Assembly: GCA_030264375.1 (NCBI GenBank)
Contig: JASCQW010000098.1
Span: forward strand, 61,888,238-61,952,237
Direction of reading: 5' to 3'
Length of the DNA: 64,000 nucleotides
Origin: Carcharhinus longimanus
Taxonomy: Eukaryota
The notes beneath the pieces were generated by a model. That model did no database searches, had not been told where the DNA came from, and saw nothing but the letters and a program-made list of their open reading frames with translations. The position numbers and the translations under genes are program-made. This document shows, in pieces, positions 12,051 through 25,309 of this stretch; the first letter of the stretch is position 1, and each line of letters opens with the position of its first letter.

Positions 12051-12510
12051 ATGAAGGAGCAGTGCTCTGAAAGCTTGTGAATTCAAATAAACCTTTTAGA
12101 CTTTAATTGGTGTGTATTTTTATTCATTCATGGGACATGGGCGTTGTTGGCTGAGTTAGTCTCCCGAGGGCAGTTAAGAATCAATCACATTGCTGTGGAA
12201 TCATATGTAGGCCAGATCAGCTAAGGATGGCAGATTTCCTTCCCTAAAGAACATTAGTGAACCAGATGCTTTTTTCCTACAATCGACAATGGTTTCATGG
12301 TCACCTTAGTTCCAGATATTATTTAGTTGAATTCAAATTCCACCATCTGCTGTAGTTGGATTTGAAGCTGGGTCCCCAGAACATTAGTTGAGTTTCTGGA
12401 TTAATAGTCGAACGATAATATCACTGGTGATATTATCATTGTATCGTCGTATAGTTGTGAGACTTCTTACTGTGCCAACCCAGTCCAACGACGACCCCTC
12501 CAACTCATGA
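12051..12510 (+). mobile_element. Penelope-like pseudo-LTR relic interrupted by a SINE
   Basis: atgaaggagcagtgctctgaaagcttgtga...aaataaacc...actttaattggtgt, then the SINE, then gttgtgagacttcttactgtg...ccagtccaac. Colinear with 14331-14457. Confidence 0.75.
12116..12430 (-). mobile_element. SINE family B nested in the pseudo-LTR
   Basis: Colinear with 6040-6415. Confidence 0.85.
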
Positions 12511-13616
12511 CCAAAAATAGTGCTGGTGAAGCACTTTTTCATGAAGGTAGTGTCCTCTTAGAGAGTTACAAAGGGATAAGGACTGGGCGATGGAGAAAAC
12601 TTCATTCAAAATATCTAAAATGTAAAATAGTATAGTACCACAAATATTGGGTCTAAAATATATGGAGTATGAAAGATTGTGTTATTAATGAGATTTTGCA
12701 ATATTATGGGAAATCAATAGATCTGGCTCTGAAATGAATTGAACCGTTGCGTTAACCCAACTGATAATATTCCCCCACAATTAATTTCACAGTTTAAGAT
12801 GTATATTTTGGTGTACAAACCTCACTGTTCAAATACATGTTGTTTTAATGCAACATACCCATTTTTTTTCCCAAAAGGAAGCAATATTCTGGACTACTGA
12901 ATATAAAATTACAGTGCTAAAGATGAAAGGTCATTGAATGGACTGTGTTTCTGCCTTTATATAAGGTCTGCATCAATGATGTACAGTGGCTTCAGCCAAG
13001 CGTATGGAAAGTGGCAAGTGTAATAAAAATATATCATTGTATTTCGGACACTGCGACCAAACCTAAGGTGATTCAAGGGAGTAGAAATGCTGAGAGAGTT
13101 TATTCCTCAGGTTTAGGTCAATTAGCAGATGTTAGCTGCCACATAAATTTGCATTCTGATAAAATTTGTGCATTTGATATCTGTTTACAGCTTATTTTGT
13201 GTGAACTGTTGGTGTAGTTTTACACAGCACTGGTACATTTTCTGCCTTGTGCCTCAGTGAAATATCTTCAGTTTCATCTGAAAATCTAAAATGAGCTATC
13301 GGTGAAGACACTGCAAGCTTGAATCTCTGGATTAAGAAGTATTGTATGAAATGTCATCTTGGTCCTCGTGGCACCTTTTACATGCTATTGTGTATCAAAG
13401 CTCTGAGCATCCTGAACTTTGGTCCACTTTGTTATCAGGAAGGATGAATTTGGCTATTGCACCTTTTCCAGATAGAGCATAAAACACCAGAGTCTGTGCA
13501 TGCAGAGATTTTCCGCTGTGATCTCTATGGGAAAGTGGTTCACGTGGGATGTCTTTGGCACCCTCTAAGAGCTTCTCTCAGGAGATCACTGAAGTCGTTG
13601 GACATCACGGTGGTTG

Positions 13617-13910
13617 GGCAGCAGGGTGGCACAGTAGTTAGTGCCGCTGCCTCACAGCGCCAGGGACCGGGGTTCAATTCCGGCCTTGGTTGACTGTGTG
13701 GAGTTTACATGTCCTCTGTGTGGGTTTCCTCTGAGTGCTCTGGTTTCCTCCCACAATCCAAAGATGGCCATGCTAATATGCCCCTTAGTGTCAAGGGGAT
13801 TAGCAGAATAAGTAAGTGCGGTTACGGGGATGGGGCCTAGACAGGTTTGCTGTTGGTGCAGTCTTCATGGGCCAAATGGCCTCCTTCTGCGTTGTAGGCA
13901 TTCTAAGATA
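13617..13910 (+). mobile_element. V-SINE (HE1-like)
   Basis: ggtggcacagtagttagtgccgctgcctcacagcgccagggaccggggttcaattccggcc, plus V-domain and tail. Confidence 0.9.
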
Positions 13911-14252
13911 CTATAATTAGATGTTCTGTCAAGTGAACACTCTATATTGCATGAATCATGGATAGACATCTTGGCAGGTCATTCACACATAACCAAAGAT
14001 TTACCAAATCAGCTTTTGGTTCTCAGACTCACTGCAATGGTGAAAAGACTGATCCAACCTTAAATCGCAGATTGATGACAGCACAGATGGAGGCCATTTG
14101 ATCCATTGTGCCTGTGCAGTCTCTTTGATAGAAATATTCAACTAGTTCCATAACCCTGCCCCTTCTCCTTGGCCCTGCAGAACGTCTACCTTCTAGTTAC
14201 CTAATTCCCTTTTGACAGTCACAATTCAATCTGCTACTGCAAACATTTCAGT

Positions 14253-14457
14253 GAGAAGTCTCACAACATCAGGTTAAAGTCAAACAGGTTTACTTGGTTC
14301 ACATTTGTGAACAGAACTCCCACTCACCTGATGAAGGGGCAGCGCTCCAAAAGCTAGTGGCTTGCGCTACCAAATAAACCTGTTGGACTTTAACCTGGTC
14401 TTGTGAGACTTCTTGCTGTGTTTACCCCAGTCCAACTATGGCATCTCTGCATCATGA
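14253..14457 (+). mobile_element. Penelope-like pseudo-LTR relic with an inverted 5' copy and minimal hammerhead motif
   Basis: ~45-bp imperfect inverted repeat at 14254-14298/14369-14413 flanks TCAC-CTGATGA-A-GGGGC-AGC-GCTCC-AAAA-GC-TA-GTGG (14324-14360). Confidence 0.75.
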
Positions 14458-14967
14458 TGAAGACTGGCAGCAGGTAAGTACAGCTAAAGGTGACTGAAGG
14501 GTAGGGCAGGCAAAGTGCCTTCCAAGAAGTTGGCAATCACCTATCAAACAGTGAAAACACTCTTTCAGAGAAATGGCTTGGGCAGGGGCATCTCACCTGG
14601 CCATGACTAGAGCTCTTCAGTTTCACTGATGAAAGGTTTCTCAGCTTGTCAATTTCACTGAACAATCCCGTTGTGCAGGATTGATGGTTGAAGTAGTACT
14701 GAGTGAAGTTTCTCATTATTCTAATTGCTTACTTGGCAACTGTAGGGGTGTTATCTGCTCACCTTCAATTCTCCCTGGTGAAATCCTGAAGTGTTTTGAT
14801 GTTGGGATCCTGATCCAATACTGCTTTTAGGGGAGTAAAATCACTGCATATACCCAAACCTGCATTCCCCTGCTTGAGAAAATCCCACTCTTTGAGTCAG
14901 CCTTCATAGCAATTACAAAGTGTGTACTGGAAATTGTCAGGAAATGAGAGTCTAAGATGAATAATCA

Positions 14968-15316
14968 TTGAATTCCTTCAGTGCAGAAGGAGGCCAATCA
15001 GCCCATCGAGTCTGCACTGACTCTCCAACAGAGGATCTTCTCCCACTTCCGGCCTCAGCGCCACTCTATTCCCGTAACTCCATGCACTTACCCTGCTTAT
15101 CCCCCTAACCTTGGGACCCTAAGGGTCAATTTAGCATGGCCAATTCACCTAACCTGCACATATTTGGACTATGGAAGGAAACTGGAACACCCAGAGGAAA
15201 CGCATGCAGACATGGGGAGAACATGCAAATTCCACACAGTCCCCAAGATTAGAAAAGAACCTGGGTCCCCGGTTCTGTGAGGCAGCAGTGCTAACCACTG
15301 TGCCACTGAGCTGTCC
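14968..15316 (-). mobile_element. V-SINE (HE1-like)
   Basis: Reverse-complement V-domain and head, tgtgaggcagcagtgctaaccactgtgccac. Confidence 0.9.
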
Positions 15317-15324
15317 ATTAATTA

Positions 15325-16745
15325 CTTAAAGTAATTAACATGGAAAAAATAATGGGAGCAAAAGGCAACAAATTTCTTGCATGTGATATTGTCCATCCTA
15401 ATGTTTTAATGTAGGTGCTTACAGAAATTGTGAATGCTTTATTTTTGATCTTCCATAATTCTCTAGATTTTAGAACAGTTACTGTTGTTCAGAAGGTAAC
15501 CCTGCTGTTCAAAAAAGGAAGGAAAGAGGAAACAAGGAACTTATGGACCAGTTAGTCTAACATCAGTACCAGGGCAAATGCTGGAATCTATTACTAAGGA
15601 AGTGAGAACAAAGCACTTTAAAAATCACAATATGATTAGTTTGGGTCAGCACAGATTTATGAAAAAGAAATTGTATCTATTAGAGTTTTTGAAGGGTGTA
15701 ACTTGCAGAATAATGAAGGAGAAACCAGTGGCTATCACATGTTTAGATTTTCAGAGAGTATTTAATAATAGCTTCAAGAGATTGTTACACAAAATTAGGG
15801 TTCATGGGGTTGAGGATAAAAACTTGGATAGAGAACTGGTTTACAGATAGAAAACTGAGCAGGCTACAAAGCTAAGTAGGAAGTTAAGCTATAAAGAAAA
15901 TATGAAGAGGCTTTAAAAGGATATAGACCAGTTAAGAAATTGACAAGAATATCAAAGAAAGAACATAATATAGGATGTGTGAAATTATCCATTTGATAGG
16001 AAGAATGGAAAAGTAGATTTTTTAAATGTTAGAGAATAGTGAATGTTAGTGTTCAGATGCATTGTGCTCCTATATAAATCACAGAAAATTAGCATAGGAC
16101 CACAACAAGCAAGTATGATTTTGCCTTTATTGCAAGGAGGTTTGAAACAACAGTAAGGAAATCTTGCTGCAATTATGTAGGCTTTTGGTAAGACAACACC
16201 TAGAGTACTGTGTACAGTTTTGGCCTCCTTACCTAAGGAAGCATATACTTGTCTTAGATGAAATGCAACAAAGGTTCCCTAGATGGATTCTCGGGATGAG
16301 AAGACTGTCCTAGAATAGATTGAGTAGAATGGAACTATATTCAATGGAGCTGAGAAGAATGAGATGATTCCACTGAAATTTGTAACATTCTTCAGGAGTG
16401 TGACCAAGGTAGATGATGAGAGGCAATTTCCTCTGGCTGGTGAATCTGAAATTAAGGATCATAGTCTCAGAAAAGGATTTGGCTACTTAGGACTGTGATA
16501 AGGACAAATATCTTCGCTCAGAAGATTATAAATCTTTGGACTCCTTTAGCCCAGAGGGCTCTGGATGCTGAGTCAATGAACATGATCGAGACTGATGCGG
16601 CTAGATTTTTGACACCAAGTAAATTAAGGAATACGGAAATTGGACAGAGAAGCGGAGATGATATCGAAATACAGGCATGATCTTATTGGATGGTGAAGCA
16701 GGCTCAAAGGGGCCCTCTCCTGCTCTTATTCCTTCTGTTATTATG
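15325..16745 (+). mobile_element. Old CR1 LINE ORF2 fragment with 3' tail, frameshifted
   Basis: Relics of RPVSLTSVPGQMLESI, QHRFMK..., CLDFQRVF and ctagagtactgtgtacagttttgg (LEYCVQFW), with multiple stops. Confidence 0.85.
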
Positions 16746-16759
16746 TACATGATATTTAC

Positions 16760-17850
16760 ATCACAGAATCAGATCATTCAGTGCAAACTGGTATTTAGGT
16801 CCCACATTGAGCCTCTTCCCACGCTTCTTCATTTAATTTCATCAGCATATCTCGCTACCCCTTTCTCCCTTATACATTTCCTAGATTTCCCATAAATACA
16901 GCAGTGATAGTTGCCTGAAGTACTTTGTGTAGTTACAAGTTCCACGTTCTAACCATTCTCTGGGTAAATGTTTTTTTCCTGAATTCCCTATTGGATTTAT
17001 TAGTGACGATAACACGCTAGTACTGGCCTACCCTGGAAGTGAAAATGTATTTTCTACAGCTACCCTATCAATCCCCTTTGAAATTGTAAAGACCTGTATC
17101 AGTTATCACTGACTTTTCTATTTTCTAGAACAAAGAGCCACAACCTGTTCATCATTTCCTGACAGTATAACTCCTCAGTTCTGGTGTAATCCCAGTAAAT
17201 ATTTTTGCATTCTCCCATGTTTCTATATAATTTTTAATAAATCAGGAATCCAGAACTGTTTGCAGTATTTCATTATGGTGGAAACATGGCTCAGTACATG
17301 TTTATTATAACTTTGCTGTGTTTCAATTACATCCATCTAGAAATGAACCCAATGCATTTTGTTTGCTTATTTTTATGCCTTATTAAGCTCTGTTGCTACT
17401 TTTAGTGATCCATTTATCTATATCCTCAGAACCCTCTGCTTATTGACCCTACTTGGATAATTATCTTCTTAGGGAAGTATGTGGCCTCCTTATTCTCCCT
17501 ATCTAAATGTATCACCTCATAGTGACCCAAATTAAAGTTCACTTGCCAATTCCATGCTCATTCTGCTAGTTTATTAATGCCTTTCTGTATGTTGTCACAC
17601 TCTTCCTCTGTATTAATGATACCCTAATTTTGTATTGTCTATAAGTTTTGAAATCATGGTTAATTCTAATTCACAAGTTTCAAATTATTCATGTAAATTG
17701 TGAACAAAAGTGATCCCAATGCTGATTTTACTGCAATTGTGCTTCCCAACTTCTGTCAGTCAAAGTAATTACCTTTATCCCCTGCTCTGTGCTTTTGGTT
17801 TTGTGGCAAACTCACTATTATTCTGCTACTTGTACCCCGACTTCACATAT
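16760..17850 (-). mobile_element. Old CR1-like LINE fragment, antisense
   Basis: ttccacgttctaaccattctctgggtaaa...tccagaactgtttgcagtattt is the reverse complement of EYCxQFW-type sequence. Confidence 0.6.
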
Positions 17851-18694
17851 TTCTTCAAAAGAGCTTGTGTAGGAGCTGAAACAAATCAACAAAGCTTGAA
17901 GCTGAATGTTGAGTGAAGTTAGGAAAATGATGGAAGTCTTGGGTCCTAATCCATCCAGAACCTTTCGCTATCTTTCTATGCTTTTTCTCCTTAGATTTGT
18001 GATTCCATTTAGAAGAATAGTTTCATAAACACAAATCCCATACTGATGGCTTTCTGTCAAGGTATATGATTCCACTTACCAGTCATAAGAATCACTGATT
18101 AGTTCCTACTCTGCTGATGCACACACTCTGACTGAAACAATTTGAACTCAAAGTACCTGGGTGAAAAACAAAGAGGAGATTTATATTTTAGCCATTGGCC
18201 TGACAGGAATATAATCATCTTGCACTCTCAATACATTTAACTCAGTTTTGAGCAAGTTTAAAACTGTCCCAAAATATCCAAGGAAGCTTGAGAACTTTTT
18301 AAAATCAGTCTGACACGACAGTGTCAATTACAGGGCGTGTGAGGCAGCTTCTTTCAAAGGTTTCATATGACTTCCCTCCAAGTTTTGGTTGAGACTTAAT
18401 GAGTCTCATTAGATGAGTTAAAAGGGGTGATTTTAACTCTGCTGGTTAAAATTGTCCCAGGAGATGTACCACTGACACGCCATGAATTTCTTAGAAGCTT
18501 CAAAATTTAACCTGCTTCTCTCAGCAGGAGCAGACAACGCCCACTAGAAATTGGTCAGGTTCTTATTTACATGTGCAATTCGGATACTGCTTGGAACTTT
18601 TTTAACTGGTAGTCTGTGTAAGGAAGCTATTGTATCTTTCCCACTAAATCAACCCAGCAGAAAGGAAATTAGGCCAANNNNNNNNNNGTTTTAC

Positions 18695-19330
18695 GAACAG
18701 TCAAACGTACAAATTAGGAAAAGGAGTCAAGCATGTGACCTTTTGGGCCTGCTCTACCATTCAATAAGATCATGGCTGATCTGACTGTAACCATAAGCCT
18801 ACATTCCTACCTAGCATGATAACTCCTCCACCTGCTTTTTAATCAAGAATCTATCGAGCTCTGCCTTAAAAACATTCAAAGATCCTGGGCAGGATTTTAT
18901 GGCCCATTTTGTCCCAAAGCCATAAAATTCCACCCAAGCTCAACAGAAGTTTCCATTATCTGCTCCTTGCCCATTCCGATTCCACGGTGGCAGGATGGTA
19001 AAATTCCAGCTTCTGATTCCACTGCATTTTGAGGGAGAGAACTCAAAACACCCACGAATCTCGAAGAGGAAGAATTTCTCCTCATCTCTGTCTTATTTTT
19101 AAATAATAACCCCTAGTTCTAGATTTTCCCACAAGAGAAAACATCCTCAGCACATCCACCTTGTCACAACTCCTCAGGAACTTAAGGCTTTCAATCAAGT
19201 TGCCTCTTATTCTTCTAAACTGCAATGAATACAAGCTTATCCTGTCCAACATTCACTCATAAGACATTTCAGGTATTAATCTAATAAACCTTCACTGAAC
19301 TGTTTCAAACGCATTTACATCTTTCCTCCA
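18695..19330 (-). mobile_element. CR1 LINE 3' fragment with a nested MITE
   Basis: Tail ccattcaataagatcatggctgatc, then aatttctcctcatctctgtc...ccctagttctagatt. Confidence 0.8.
18887..19011. mobile_element. ~125-bp MITE-like insertion
   Basis: Ends gggcaggattttat / gtaaaattccagct. The flanks cct/tct resemble a 3-bp duplication, and the element interrupts the CR1 tail. Confidence 0.55.
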
Positions 19331-22300
19331 TATGACTTATTTGAGTGTCTGTTTCTATGGTCACTAGTGATATCCTCCTGATACCTGGCATCACATCCTC
19401 CACCAGTCGGTCAGTTGGCACCTCCTGAGTGGTGGCATGCAAGTGAAGTCCAGGAATTAAAATCTCACAGGAGTCTAGCTGGCAAGTCTGGATTGCTTGC
19501 CACCCATCTCAGCAGCTCCAGCTTGATTTCCAGCCCAAATTAACACCAGCTTTGCCTTACTGCAAAGCAGAATATTTTCATAGCCACACTGAGTTGATGT
19601 ATAAAGATCTCCTGTGTTCCTAAACGCAGTGTAGTGAATTTCCTCCTCAAATTTATGTTTTGTTTTTGCAGGAAATACTCAGCTCTTATCTATGAACCGC
19701 ACTATAATTAGTGGCAGCATACCTCCAACTAATTCTATAGGAACTGGATTCATAAATATCATGCCATCCATACCAGCATAGAACCATTTCTGCACAAAAA
19801 TAAACTGCATAAATTGAACAATAGATGTTAACTCAGGAAGGGGTTAGTCTGGGAACGGGCAACACACTTGGACAATGTGAAGAAAGTGCAATTTGGCCAA
19901 TGGTTCTTGCTGGGTCACATTTAATTTTTTAAAATTAGCTTCTTGCCCGAAGGCTGAAAGAAGGTTTTGAGATCAGGGCAGAAACAAGTTGTCAAATGAA
20001 GGTAGGGAGAAGGAGTAGAAAGGCTGGGCTTAGAATTCCTATTCCTCCTGGCACATTAGTACTCCACATCAAAATAACATTCTTGAACTCATTTTGGGCT
20101 CTTCTGGCCACCATGCCTCCCACCATGATTTGGCTTTAAACGGGTCTTCCATGTGTTAATATTAAAATACTGTACTTTAGGTTTTTCCATTTAATTTAGG
20201 CCCCACCCTGACTGAAACAGGAGCCTCTGCCAACTTCAAAATAAAATGTAACCAGGTGAGAAGGGTCATTTGGCAATCTATTTTAACTCCAAGCATGCAG
20301 CATTTCCAGCAGGCAGAGGCTGGATTTAAAATCAGTTCAATGATATAGCAGGCCTGAAAAACTACTCACATATACAAAAGCAAAACATAGCCGGAATTCA
20401 AACTGGCAAAGAAGGAAGAGAAACAACATGAAGCACTTCTGAACACCAACTAAAACCTAGAGACACATTCATAACAAAGCTCTATATAACACATAAAGGT
20501 ACAGCACAGAAATACATTGTTGGAACAAAAGTATGAATGTACAAATCACATCACTCATGGGTCATAGCTCAGTTGCACAAATCACAGAGTGTAATGTGGA
20601 AACCACTGAATCATTCTTGCACACAACAGAAGAAAATGTTTAAGTATGAAGGTGCACCTTCTGGAAATATTAAAAATGAATCAGTATCACCATGAGACAC
20701 ATAGCAGAACATACAAGACAAAAATACATAATTGCCAATACAGTGCCACACACACATGCAGACACACAAATACAATAGTCTCACAATCACATACACACAT
20801 AAGCAGAGACAGACATGACTGTGAGCAATGTTACATGAATAATTAATGCAAGGTGCATTTTAAATGGGTGAACATCTCTGTTAAAATAGCAGAATGTAAT
20901 TTAATGTGATCCTGTATCACCTAGAATAGATTACAAGCTATAATGTCACACATATACATGAGCATATACATTCATACACATATACACATATACAGATGCA
21001 CATAGGCAGATACACACAGCCAGAAGCTATCGTACATTCAATGTAAATAGCAATACACATAAATCACCCTGGAAAACTAAGTGTCACTATGGATAAAGAG
21101 GGAATTTCTTTTGAACAAATTTTCACATACTCTAATTTTATGCTGAAGCATCAAAATATGTAAATATCCTCAGTCCTTTGCTCAAACTACTAAACGCCAC
21201 AAAGCCCATTAACTTAACACCACACAACCACATCTGAGAAATGGTGTTGCATATTGGTGTGTATTTATCCACTTTAAAGCAGAGGCAAATTTTTGGTGAT
21301 ACCCAAATGTACATTTCTAATACTGATTTTTACAGCAATTTTGTTTTTGTTTTAGAAATACTGTATATTTCTCCTTATTGGAGTCTGCACTATATTTTCT
21401 ATACATTTGAATACTTCATTTGTGGCATTAAAATCTACTACAATAAAAAAGAAAAACTTTTGGAATTGCATTTTCTTAAATATGTCACATTAATATATAT
21501 AAATCATAGGTTGATGGCTTCAAACTTAAATTTTCATTACATCAATAAAATAATGAGGGATTTAAAGTAGATGAATGGAGTATATTCTGCACTTTCCCTG
21601 AGCCCTGCTGTTTATACTGATTTTAACTTGTTCTGCCCCATTATTTTGTCCTGATAATGCTTAGATTAGAGCAAAATTTTCATCAGAGAAAATGGCATAG
21701 ATTTTGGCATTGTTTTGCTGCAAATTGAATTAAGGACATTTTGGACTAAATTGTGGACATAGCCATACAATCACATAGCTGAAAACATAGATATCCAGAC
21801 ACAATTACATACATACACTGCATGCTTCATTGTTGATGATATATGTTTTGGTACAGACTTCCTCCCATGTTCAAAAGGTAAACACTTTTATGTCACAGCC
21901 ATGCTTCCATGCACGATATACTCCAAAATTGGAAATACCACACAGAAACACAGATAGAAAGACATGCACAAATATTTAACTCATGCACAGACTTATCGCA
22001 CAAATAATTAAGAAACCTCTCCCTCACTTGTACACACACTTCAATCACACTCACAATACTAACTGATATCACATAGGTAAAAGAGAGAAACATAACTATT
22101 CTCATAGAATATGTGCCAAAAACATTAATGTACAAGAAACATAATTATGCAGAAACACTAACAGTCAACATTCTAGCCACATTGCTAAACTCTGGTTGAC
22201 ACAAACATCCACATCAGAAATACCACATATCATTTATTTTCTTTTTCTCCTGGCCTATTCTATCTCTGTTCCTCTGAAATGTTAATTGGGTTTCCATGTT

Positions 22301-25300
22301 CAAATGTGTCCAGATATCTGTCAGCTTGGGATAAATTCCTGAATACAATATGTTTACCACTAAAATGTTTTCCATGTGTAGATGTGGTTAATTCATCACC
22401 TTAATTTGCCTAGTGGGATGGTTAGGTGATCCATTTCTTATATTTAGATACTGTTGTTACAATGCAATGTGCGTATCAAAAAAGCTACTTGTTCCCTTTC
22501 TATGTCTGATTTTCTTTGGCTGCTGTGGTCTTCTATATTGATCTATGATTTAGGACTGAGACACGTAATATAAACATTTAAGTTTTCTAGTAAGAAAAAT
22601 ATAAACACCTAAAGCTATAAATTAGTTGAAGGTTGAATGGTGGCAACTACAGGCAGTGAAGTTCACGTACCAATACCTAATCTGCCATTTTTAACACACA
22701 CAGGCATTAACTCATTCAATATAAACTGATTGAGGCATGTGTAAAAACAGAAAACAGCAATGCCAGCAATTTTTGTTTGTCTGATATTTGCCTATCTAAG
22801 TTTCTACTCATGAAAAACATTTGAAGAGTATTCCCAGCTCACAATATATTGAGTGTGTGGGATTTAGGTGTTATATGTGTAAATGCTTTGCTGTGTGGAG
22901 GTGCTGCCTGAGTGTCTGTATATAAGGCAAATCATGTTTAAGTTTTGGAGGAGACGGTGTTATGCTGAAAGTGTTCACATTACTGAAGGAGTATTTGTAT
23001 ATATGTATGTGCCCTTGACTAATAGCACCTGAGCGATAAGAAAAAAAACAGAGGAAGATTAAGATTAGGCATGAGAGAAAAATTGTGTGGGCAGCACTTG
23101 CTTATATGTGACAACTTGCTTCTATGTGGAGTTTTGTGTTGGAAGAAAGAATGTATTTATGTTGGAGTTTTTGTGAGTGCCTGCATTTCATTAAATATTT
23201 CTATGAGTATGTGTCGTAAGTATGAGTAAAGGTTTCTGTGTGCATACGCTTGCATACATTTGACTGTTTGTGTGTGTGCTTGTGCATAATGACACTTATA
23301 TAAGTATGTTCCTGAACATTGGAAGTAATTGAAAGTATTAAAAAATGAGAAAATATTTTTCATTTGTCTATGTATGTCTCCTTTAGAATAGATGTGAGAA
23401 TGTTTCTTACTGTAATAGAGGATTTGTGAAAGAATTTGTTTGACTGTACATGAGTGTGTTTCTCCACATCGGTGTTACATGTGAAAGAAAGATCAATGTT
23501 ATGTAGGACAGTGCTGCTTGTGATTGTGACTTTGGGTTTGTGCATGTGTGTTTCTATATGTGGGAATGTTTCTCTATCCTAGCATGTTTAATAATAGGTA
23601 TATTATTTTAGTAAGAATTCTGAGTGACCAGCATTCTCAATATCTGAGAATATTCCTATGGACCTCCATTAAGTGTGAATGGGGCTTTCTCTGTGTAGTT
23701 TGTGGAGAATATTTTCAGATTCAAATGCATGTTGCAAAGTGCTTATAAACCTTGAAGTAAAATATTCTCATATGTGTGTGTAGTTTTCTTGTTGCCTTCT
23801 TCTAGTGGCAAGACAGATAAAATCATTTTACAAATCTGGTCATAGGATAAGGAATTTGGATTTAATAATTGCAGAGAAATGGTTTATTGGTGCTAATCTA
23901 TCAGAATACAGCTAAAAGAATACAGGTACAAAGCAGTTTAGGTGTAGGTCAAGGTCCTATATGTGTGAGGGTTGGTTATGAGTATTGACATTGCCATTAG
24001 TTTGAAGCATAAATGTTTCTATGTCTACACATATGAGGGAGTCACTGCATCTCTAAGAGTGTTCCATGTGGGGGTTATTCAGGTGAAACTGTTTAGAGGG
24101 TAAATGTACAGTGCACAAGTATTTCTGCGTATGTGTGTGCTCCTATATGAACATTTTAGAAATGTATATGTATGAATGTGATATATAAAGGTATAGAAAT
24201 GTATATGTATGTATCTGTACTTGCATTTCTGCTTCTGCAGGAGACTGTATGTACTTTTCTGTGCATGTGTTTGTGTGCACTAAAACTGTTTTTGTGTTAA
24301 AATGTTCTTTCCGTTTGTATGTGTCTGACTGTGTACCTATTTTGGTTTATAACGATTTGGATGCAGAAGAGCAGTCTGCCTTTGTCTCAAAATGTTTGTA
24401 TTTATAAACAATTTTGTCACTTAGTATCTATTTCTTTAGAGTCTGTGTGCATATTTCAAGGTTTCGTGCTGTTAAGGGAAAACACATTTACAATACATAT
24501 TAAATCTTTTAAGAGGTATTTATTTTGAAGATGGAATTTCCTGTCTGTAATAGTAATTGTGTACTGAATGGGCATGTACAATTTAGGGTATCACATATGT
24601 GTGAAAGAGTAACCCTGATTACTTATCAATGAATGTTAAAACATGCAAGTGTGTTGGGGGGGGGGGGGGGGAGAGGTGGGGGGGAGATTAGCATCAGTGT
24701 TTATATATGAATGGNNNNNNNNNNNNNNNNNNNNNNNNNNNNNNNNNNNNNNNNNNNNNNNNNNNNNNNNNNNNNNNNNNNNNNNNNNNNNNNNNNNNNN
24801 NNNNNNNNNNNNNNGATAGTTGTATAGTTCCTTCAGTATTTGGACATTGTTCAAGAATATCTGAGGACACTGTCTTTGGATATGGATCTGTGTGTTTTGG
24901 AGAATGTTGTAATGGCTTGTATAAGAAAATGTCTTTGCATAGACAGTGTTATTACTTCTTGTAAATCTGTATGGGCATTTATCAGTGTTTGTGTATTTAT
25001 GCTGGAATCTGTAAGTTTGTTCTCTGGATATTAATATTAGTAGTGCATGCAAATATTTGTCTGTGACTGCAACAGTTAGGCCTTCTTTGTGTCAGAGTTT
25101 CTGTACATGAACCTGTATACCAGTACCAGCAATGATATGCATACAATCATGAAAATATGCATGTGACTACTTTCACATTAATTATATAGGTGTATGTGCA
25201 GATTGATAGGAAGAGATGCATTGGTGTGCATATAAAGCTGTGGTTATGCATAAAATGTGTTCAAATAATTGTATGTGTTTGTGAATAGATGTTTTTTGAT

Positions 25301-25309
25301 CATTTATCA

